From: Nemertoderma westbladi
Lineage: Eukaryota; Animalia; Xenacoelomorpha
Assembly (NCBI GenBank): GCA_032718475.1
Contig: JAUCBJ010008102.1
Coordinates: 1-49,241 of the forward strand
Length of the DNA stretch: 49,241 nucleotides
Direction of reading: 5' to 3'
Below the pieces are notes generated by a model. It was given only the letters and a program-made list of their open reading frames with translations. It ran no database searches and had not been told where the DNA came from. Position numbers and translations under genes: made by a program. Below are positions 41,784-49,241 of this stretch, piece by piece. Numbering within the stretch: position 1 is the stretch's first letter; every line of letters starts with the position of its first letter.

Positions 41784-42947
41784 TGTTCGCGCTTTCAGAC
41801 CTTTGGCAGTTTAACCCGCCAAATTAGGATGTCTTCTAGATAATAAATCACTTTTAGCCTCTGACAAGTATTTTATTCACTACACTAGTCGAAACCAATC
41901 TGTGCGCGATCATTCACCCGCTGGATATACCCGGGAGATTGGGTTCGACGGCTTAATCGTATTGCTATGTAAGCCTACTGTATTATTTGACTGATCGTAT
42001 TATATAATCTCTGACAATATTATTCACCTTCGGGAATATTAACAGTTCCTTTAGGACGTGGCGCTCTATCTATATAAACAGAGTTATGACTTAAACTACT
42101 CACAACGATATGGCTTAGTTATAATTCACATATATGGCGCATTCTTTAGGAAATGCTTCGTTATCAGTCTCACTCATACACAATGCTGCACAATACTGCA
42201 CACTAATCTGCCGATCTTCACTGATTTTAGTCACATATAAAAGGAACACGGACCGAATCATGTAGGGTCTATCAAATAACATTAGATTCACTTCAAACCA
42301 CTTTAACATAAGTCACAATCGTTATATGTAACCTTTCTCTCTTACCTTCGGTATATCAAGAATATTGGGTTTCGGGGTTATTTATCGTTATTCCAAATAT
42401 AATAATTCATCAACCATATTATGAAGAACTGACAGTAAATAGCAGTATAACAATATAAAAGTATGCACAGGTATGTTTGATTAGGTATGTTGAGTTGCAT
42501 GAGTTGTGACAATCAGTCAGTTTTGTTATGATAACGGATATATGTCCTTATAATTAAGCCTACTAGTGTAAGGCAGAGCCGTTCTTCCTGGCTTAGAATC
42601 ACCAACAACACTAAAAACTGATAAGAATAACCTTATTTACAAAAGCTTCCACCCACCACAGAGAATGAGCATACAGATAGGAAAATTCAGTTCAGTAGAT
42701 CTGTGATAGGTCGAAATCAAAACCAACTCAAATCCTATTGGCAGATACAGAAAGCAGGGCTGTGGGGCAACCTTCCCAAGCTGGTTGGACGATCAAACGT
42801 AGCCCAGATCCCTTCGCACAGCAAATCAGCCAATCAGCCGGTAGCTTGCACTATTCGAGTTATAGATCCCTTTTTAGAGTATTCCAGCGCCTGGGGGGAA
42901 CTGGTTAGCAAGGCAAACGAATCAGTTATCCCACAAAAGCTTTTACA
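41784..42947 (-). repeat. 5' LTR (1164 bp)
   Basis: TG...CA direct repeat. CCAAT boxes at 42737-42741 and 42828-42837 in the predicted U3; AATAAA on the minus strand near 41875; hairpin TTTGGCGG..CTGCCAAA near the U5 end. Confidence 0.97.
42531..42541 (-). promoter_or_regulatory. Predicted transcript 5' end and self-primer ATATCCGTTAT (predicted +1 at 42541)
   Basis: Complementary to the PBS and downstream of two CCAAT boxes. The TSS is inferred only by analogy with Tf1; there is no TATA box at -30 (TATAA lies at about -10). Confidence 0.55.
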
Positions 42948-43845
42948 ATTCCACTTCCGAGTCATCGATCCCTGGAACTCGCTATCCAATGCCGTTGTAA
43001 CCGCCCCCAACCTTAACTCTTTTAAAACCCGTTTGAACTCCCACTTTAAAGATTTCCCGCTTAAATTTACCCCATCATGGTGGTCCATGTAAAAGTAAAA
43101 TATCTTCCATAGTAACTCTTAACTTTTTACTCTTTTTGCTTATTAACTTTTAATATATTTCTCGCCTTAATTAAAACTTTTATCACCACTTTTTGACTTT
43201 TAAACTTTTTCTAACCTTAATTAAAACTTTAGATTACCACTTTTTAAATTTTTAACTAACTTTTTCTTACCTCTATTAAAACTTTTTTATCACCATTTAA
43301 TTATACACACACATTAGACCTCGTTAATATTTAATATCTCAATAACTAATGGACAAACTGCATTTATCTACTTTGATCCTATATAATCGACGTTTTTAAC
43401 TATGTACATTTAATAGTTTTTACTCGCGGCTTTACTGTTCTTTCTTAATTTAATTTTTAACTTTCTTTTAATTTTAACAAAAAAGTTTTAAAAATGCAAC
43501 CTATAATTAAATCAAGTTTTTAAATATATAAATTTGTTCGTCCTATTTGTGTAAACCATAATTTTATTTCACGTTCGACTTTGTGTTATTTAAGATATTT
43601 TTAAGCCCTATGCTCCACAGCCATAATTTACATTACTTTTCACATGTTTTTTTTTAAGTATGATTTTATGCTACATACTTTCATTTACGTACTCTCCTAT
43701 CAATATTAATTAGTGCTAGGTAGTAGTAGGTAAGGTACTTAGTTTGTTTCAGTTTAAATATTTTGACAGTAGTTTTATATTATGTCTGCACAGGTGCAAT
43801 AAGCTTCTGCTTCCTCCACCTCATTATTAAACATTAAACATTAAA
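42948..43845 (+). mobile_element. CR1-type LINE, right part: ORF2 end, AT-rich 3' UTR and (CATTAAA)n tail
   Basis: FHFRVIDPWNSLSNAVVTAPNLNSFKTRL continues the ORF across the ATTCC TSD; stop ends at 43092; tail repeats at ~43826-43845. CATA is present at both outer junctions (30110-30113, 43846-43849). Confidence 0.9.
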
Positions 43846-44026
43846 CATATTCTAGGGGGGGCTGATTTCCTTGTGACACCGGTACAGCGGTACGCCTTAC
43901 GCGTACGATATACAGGTATATGACACTACCGTAACTGACTAACGAAACGACCAGAACGACAGTTCAACTGTACAAATGTGCTTTACTGCTTTACACTATA
44001 AGCTATTAAGCTACAACACAAGCTTA

Positions 44027-44160
44027 AAAAGTAAAAGTAAATTTTCTTCGGCCACTTGCCAGGGATTACGCACAAGGTCTGTCGACATATTTCCATTGCG
44101 GTCCCCCCAGAACTTTACTCCCCAGAGGAAACTCCAGTACCGGTACTCATTTTAGCTACC
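44027..44160 (-). mobile_element. 3' part of a probable tRNA-derived SINE with a (TTTTAC)n tail
   Basis: AAAAGTAAAAGTAA tail on the plus strand; GGTACTCATTT resembles the reverse complement of a common SINE central-domain motif; the sequence resumes at 48625. Confidence 0.5.
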
Positions 44161-44194
44161 ACTTACACCTTAAGGATGTACCCCATAAGAAAGC

Positions 44195-44415
44195 ATCAAC
44201 ACGTCAACAAATGAAAATCACGAAATGACGTTGAAAATGACGTCATGGGCACGTGTATTTTGGAAGTGTCAAACACGTGTTTGAGCACGTCAAACCATGA
44301 CGTGCTACAGTTTACGTCAAATGACTTGTCAGACACGTGTCAATTACGTCATCAGACATCAAATACAACCATGGAACACCACACAAGCACGTCAAATGAC
44401 GTGCTAGACACGTAC
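44195..44415. repeat. Dense cluster of ACGT-core palindromic motifs (CACGTG, TGACGT, ACGTCA), probably subterminal repeats of a DNA transposon fragment
   Basis: About a dozen ACGT cores in ~220 bp; no matching opposite terminus identified. Confidence 0.5.
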
Positions 44416-44901
44416 TGTAACAATAACAGACGCCAAATTCAAATAACTAAACCACTGACCACACAAGCACTTACGCGTCGCTTTTTACATCGCTTAGATC
44501 CATGACAGTTATGATTGAAATTGATTTTACTTTCTTGACGGTGTTTGTTGATACTATAATAAAGAAAAACATTATTATATAATGTAACCAACGGACGATA
44601 AATTTAATATCCGAATAAATTGTTAATTAACAACTAATAAACACAAATTAAAATAGCACTGATATATTTAGCACAAGTTTGATTTGGAAATGACGTCTAA
44701 ATTACAAGATGGAGGGGAAAAAATTATTGGCAAAGATAATAGGGGCGTCTTACTATTTTCAACTATTTAATCTGAAAGTGGTTTCCGACTATTTTATACG
44801 CTAGAAATCGATTGCGCCGATTCATTTTGTCTAAAAATTCATTCTAATGCGTCAATTTGGCCATTTTCTTGTCATTGGTGGTACTCAGAGTGCGCAATAG
44901 C

Positions 44902-45000
44902 ACCACTCACACCCACCATATTACCTTCCTACACACTCACACCCACTTCATTACCTTCCTACCCACTCCATTACCTTCCTACCCACTCACACCCACTTCA
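44902..45000. repeat. C-rich minisatellite (CATTACCTTCCTACCCACTCACACCCACTT) split by a LINE; resumes at 46189-46207
   Basis: CATTACCTTCCTACCCACT is present on both sides of the LINE fragment. Confidence 0.8.
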
Positions 45001-46188
45001 TTCAATTTCAATTTCAATTTCATTCCCGGCTTGCGCCCCGGTGGCTATATTATATATTCAATATATAGAGGTCTCAAATAATAAAAGTATATATAAAATG
45101 GTCATACACACAAATATATAAGAAAAAATTTTATTACAAGAACCATCTCAAAGAAAGAGAAACACAATTACAGCATATTCAATACAAATTAAAAATATTG
45201 TGTCGTCCTTAATATTAATCCTTCAAAACCTGGAGGTCTCTCCGAGACGTAAAGCACCCCCCCCCCCCCCCCCCTCCCCTCCTTAAAGTTAAACCCAGTT
45301 TTTATCGTAATAATCAAGGATACACTGCCTTTTCAATGATATACTTGTTTCAACATCATTTAGGATGGAGTTTATGAGGATCTTGTTGAACTGATCACGG
45401 TAGGTAAATTCTGGATACTGTTGACTTTTTAGAACTGCTTTAATATCATATTGGTGGCAACAGAGATATGGTAAACTAGGTGTAGTATATTTAAAAGATC
45501 CCACTGCATAATCATCATACATATTATCTTTAATTTGGCTAGTCATGTGCCGAGTTAGCACATGACTAAACAGATAAGTTACTTTTCTGTTATTACAGTT
45601 GAAAGCTGCATAAATTGTACGGCAGTATGCATGGTGTACTAAGTTGCCTAGTCCTTGAGAACCAAATAGTAATAATAATGTATTATCAGATACATAATTC
45701 CCTACGTGTAAAACACAGCGCATTGCTTTCCTCCAATATTTATCGAGTTCTTCTAACATTGCCAATGGAATAGCGGCAGCTCCATACAAAGCTGATGGGA
45801 TAAGAATCGCTTTCCATATCATTGTTGTTATATCTAGTGGTACGGAATCAACTGTCAACCCACGATTTTTCATTGTAGATACATTACTCCATATTTTCTT
45901 AACAAAGTGGTCTCTGATATTTCGGTTCGTTGCTGGTAATGGAAGACCTAAGAAATTACAAGATTCAGCTGTTGGGATAACTATGCCATCACTTAAGACT
46001 AGATTTCCATTATATTCGTTATAACATGATTTTGTTTTACTTATTACATACCACGACTTCTTAGAGTTTAGAACTAGGTTGTGGGCTGAAAAATATGTTT
46101 TGCAGATCGCCATTATCTCATGGATGTCACTCTTTCGGTTCGCCATAAGAAGTATATCGTCAGCATAACTTATATGCTTATAGCATAA
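45001..46188 (-). mobile_element. 5'-truncated non-LTR retrotransposon (RT C-terminal region, clade unassigned) with 3' stem-loop and (GAAATT)n tail
   Basis: ORF 45289..46215 contains SYADDILL, LVLNSKKS, NFLG and WKAILIPSALYG; the 3' end reads CCGGGGCGCAAGCCGG then GAAATT repeats. Confidence 0.85.
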
Positions 46189-46203
46189 CATTACCTTCCT
46201 ACC

Positions 46204-46420
46204 CACTGTCAGCACAACATAACGCCGACACTGTCAGCACAACGTACCGCCGACACTGTCGGCACAACGTAACGCAACACTGTCGGCACAACGCAACGCC
46301 GACTGTGTCGGAATAACTTAACGCCGACACTCAGCACATTATCTGCACACTGTCGGCACAACATTATGCCTACACTGTCGGCACAACATAACGCCGACAC
46401 TGTCGGCACAGTGTCGGCAC
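46204..46420. repeat. ~25-bp minisatellite with palindromic core GCCGACA-C-TGTCGGC
   Basis: About 8 degenerate units of CACTGTCGGCACAACATAACGCCGA. Confidence 0.85.
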
Positions 46421-46435
46421 TGCGATTACACCCCA

Positions 46436-48624
46436 CTCAACAGTATTGTGAACGCCCATTTCAATTCAGTACTGTTGGAGAAGTAAACAAGATATCATTC
46501 ATTCACATTTCATGCAATCGCATTACGATTTGTAGAAAATTGGGATGGGTGTGGTGGAGCGTGTATCTGAATTACGTCAATTTCGACACTATAATTACGG
46601 GATATATTATATAGTGTGAACTGTACATAAGGTATATCCCGAACATTATACAAAACAAGGGAACTAATGTACGCTCACGGAAACTGAAACGGAATCATAG
46701 GCCAACACAACTACACAAGTCGAGCAGCGTTGACGCATCCCAACTTTTGCCCCACTTTGGGGAGGTGCACTTGCTCCCTTTTAAATCCTACCTAAATAGT
46801 CGGATACAATACATTGACATTGGTACTGCTACTTCAACCCCACAGGTACAGAAGTTGATCATGGAATGCCACAAGGTGCAACGTTGGCTGTATTGGTATT
46901 TGGTTTAGCAACTAATGACTTCGACCAAATATTCTCATCACCTGTACACTAAGGATATATCTCGAACAGGCGGTGGTCCCTGAATCTTCCCTGTAGTTAA
47001 CTCCCACCTCTGACAATTCCATCCTGCCCCCTAAATTTGCCGACGATATTGGTCTTCTCACTGCAAATAGTTGTGTTCAGGCAATATCGTCAAAACTCTC
47101 TTTGCAACCATGGAAAAAGTATCAGACTAGACTGGTGCATTGACAACAGACTGAGTATTAACTTTGAGAAAACTGAATGTATTTTATTTGGAACTCATCA
47201 GAGATTAGTAGCTGCACCGTATTCCTTAGAGGTGAATTGCTGGAGAATTGAAGGAGAATTCCTGCAATGGAAACCGCATATCTACAAAGAAAGCAGTAAC
47301 CTATCTAGGACCCACTTTAAACGAATCCCTCACTCGCATGGAAATGGTACATAGTGTACTAAAAAATGGTAACTCACGTCTACGCTTTCTTCATCGACAT
47401 GGCTCCATCCTCGACCGCTCCCTTAGGCGACTACTGTAACTCCCTCATCCAGCCACACATTGACTATGCTGCATCCAATTTGTTTTTCACCATCACAAAC
47501 AAACTTTGAATTACAGTTGAAGCCCTTCAAAAAAATGTATCCGTTTCTGCCTTGGTCTTCTGCCGTATCCATATGATGCTACCCACTAAACATATGCAAT
47601 AAACTGGCTTCCTCTCCGAGAGCGAATCCAATCGGTTATCCTATCCCTCATGTTTAGAGTCAGAAACGGCCTCTCTCCAGAGTATATGAATGATATGGTC
47701 TCTTTCAATGAAGGTTAAAGTGGTCTTCGCCATTCTCAAGATATGGCGCGGATTCCTTACAGGAGAACAACTTATGGTCAAACTTCTTTCAGTTACAGAG
47801 GACCTAAAACTGTGGAACGCACTCCCTAAAGTTTTAACCGAATGCTCTTCATTATTGACCTACAAACACAAACTAAAGGACTACTTATTGACTAAGATTG
47901 CAGATGACGTTTTTTTATATTTTTAATTTTCATCCGATTTGCGCTGGTTGCAGTACATACATGCCTTCTTTCACTTACAATTCCTTCTGATATTATTAGT
48001 ATTTAAATTTAATTTTTTCTACATTAATCTACAGTATTTTACCCACCTAATTGAATTTTTCTCTTAGCCGACTAATTTACTTCTTTTTTTATTTAATTTA
48101 ATTTATTTTTATATTTCACAACAAATCTGTTCAGTTTACAGTCCGGACCTTTTATTTCAATTTTATCTAATTCTAAATTGACCCTTCTATCAGTCTATAG
48201 CTTTATTTTAATAATATTGAATTAAAAGTTATAATGAATTTACTCCACATTTTATTATGGACCCGCATGGAAACCTCATGAGGCCATCCACACGTCATTA
48301 CTTGCGATATTTTGCACAGTCAGACAGCATGCTACGTTAATTAAATTTTGCTATTGTGATGTTAGTGACATTTTATTTAAGTGATATCAATGTGATTTAC
48401 AGTACCATAATTATATTTTATTTATGTGAAGTTGAGACCTGTTGTTTTAAAACTACAGTACAGTAGGCCTACTGTATTATTGTGCCACATTACTTACCTC
48501 TCATTCAAAGGAATCCACAAGTTTTCCGGAAATTGTGTCACATGTGTATGTACTGTATAGTGCAATTTCGAAACAGTTTGTGTTGTTGACGTAAAAAAAT
48601 CAAATCAAATCAAATCAAATCAAA
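46436..48624 (+). mobile_element. Degenerate L2/Crack-like LINE (RT pseudogene, 3' UTR, (CAAAT)n tail); may extend left to 44161
   Basis: Fragments FKSYLNSRIQ (~46781), GMPQGA (~46863), FADD (~47036), WCIDNRLSINFEKT, YLG, SLIQPHIDY, KLWNALP..KLKDYLL, with many stops and frameshifts. Tail at ~48597-48624; near-perfect flanking duplication TACTCAT(T)TTAGCTACC at 44144-44160 and 48625-48640. Confidence 0.88.
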
Positions 48625-48705
48625 TACTCATTTAGCTACCTTTTAACCTGATACGAAAAGTGCCCGGCAGCCCGGCCCCCATGCGGGGATCAAACGCACG
48701 ACCTC
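48625..48705 (-). mobile_element. Continuation of the SINE, with a degenerate tRNA-like B-box region, interrupted by the third LTR
   Basis: Minus strand GAGGTCGTGCGTTTGATCCCCGCATGGGGGCC resembles a tRNA 3' half (T-arm). Confidence 0.5.
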
Positions 48706-49241
48706 TGTTCGCGCTTTTAGACCTTTGGCAGTTTAACCCGCCAAATTAAGATGTCTTCTAGATATTAAATCGCTTTTTAGCTTATGACAAGTATTTGATT
48801 CACTACACTAGTCGAAACCAATCCGTGCGCGACCATTCACCCGCTGGATATTCCCGGGAGATTGGGTTCGACGGTTTAATTTTATTGCTATGTAAGCCTA
48901 ATGTATTATTCGACTGACAGTATTATATAATCTCTGACAATATTATTCACCTTCGGGAATATTAACAGTTCCTTTAGGACGTGGCGCTTTATTTATATAA
49001 ACAGAGTTAAGACTTAAACTACTCACAACGATATGGCTTAATTATAATTCACATATATGGCGCATTCTTTAGGAATTGCTTCTTTAACAGACTCACTCAT
49101 ACGCAATGCTGCACAATACTGCACACTAATCTGCCAATCTTCACTGATTTTAATCACATATAAAAGGAACACAGACTGACTCATGTAGGGTCTATCAAAT
49201 AACATTAGATTCACTTCAAACCACTTTAACATAAGTCACAA
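48706..49241 (-). mobile_element. Third, more diverged copy of the same LTR family (solo LTR or 3' LTR of another element), cut by the window end
   Basis: Starts TGTTCGCGCTTT and aligns to 30789 onward with scattered substitutions. It is preceded by ACCTC, not by the PBS. Confidence 0.95.

Larger units (their letters stand above)
30789..42947 (-). mobile_element. BEL/Pao LTR retrotransposon, 12159 bp, non-autonomous (Gag-protease only), recent insertion
   Basis: Two 1164-bp TG...CA LTRs; 5-bp TSD ATTCC at 30784-30788 and 42948-42952; BEL-type Gag, triple zinc knuckle and protease on the minus strand. Confidence 0.96.
29213..43878. mobile_element. Ginger1-like non-autonomous DNA transposon (~0.93 kb native: 29213-30113 plus 43850-43878), interrupted in its right terminal repeat region
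   Basis: TGT...ACA termini; CCGG TSD at 29209-29212 and 43879-43882. Imperfect TIRs TGTAACAGGAAAATATGCCCCCCC vs TGTCACAAGGAAATCAGCCCCCCC. GC-rich CCTAGGAAA/GCCCCCCGGG subterminal repeats at 29221-29345 and 29985-30113. A CCGG-specific TSD is a described Ginger1 trait. Confidence 0.75.
26547..43990. repeat. ~150-bp tandem duplication containing the gene's start codon; copy A 26547-29176 and copy B 29177-43990, each expanded by a transposon insertion
   Basis: GGGACCTTGTTCCATTTAAATCG(A/T)GTACAGTACCG occurs at 26547 and 29177. The distal part (TGACACTA..AACTGACTAACG..ACAGTTCAACTGTACAAATG(C/T)GCTTTACTGCT) occurs at 29112-29169 and 43921-43990. Confidence 0.85.

Noticed and set aside
48660-48705. 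Functional tRNA gene
   Set aside because: Only a degenerate 3' half is visible, interrupted by an LTR; better explained as a SINE head.

Overview
Eukaryotic (probably invertebrate animal) genomic DNA; nothing prokaryotic and no CRISPR. Bases 1-25240 are a 32-bp AT-rich satellite of about 790 copies. It starts exactly at the 5' splice site of exon 3 of a minus-strand spliced gene of unknown function (exons 26077-26561, 25514-25932, 25235-25328, all splice phases consistent), and on the gene's strand each full unit carries AAG|GTAAGT. Upstream of the ATG, a ~150-bp tandem duplication has taken two insertions. One is a 2.5-kb palindromic hAT-type element (8-bp TSD). The other is a Ginger1-like non-autonomous element (CCGG TSD) holding a 5'-truncated CR1-type LINE, which holds a young 12.2-kb BEL/Pao LTR retrotransposon (1164-bp LTRs, 5-bp TSD). 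That element encodes only a disrupted Gag-protease, with no RT or integrase. It has no tRNA primer-binding site; instead the 11 nt abutting its 5' LTR are exactly complementary to an 11-mer inside the LTR, the layout of Tf1-type self-priming. It also has long G-U-rich hairpins in a 3-kb 3' region. The last 5 kb hold a split SINE, two LINE fragments, minisatellites and part of a third, more diverged LTR copy. All calls were made by eye; no database searches or folding programs were run.
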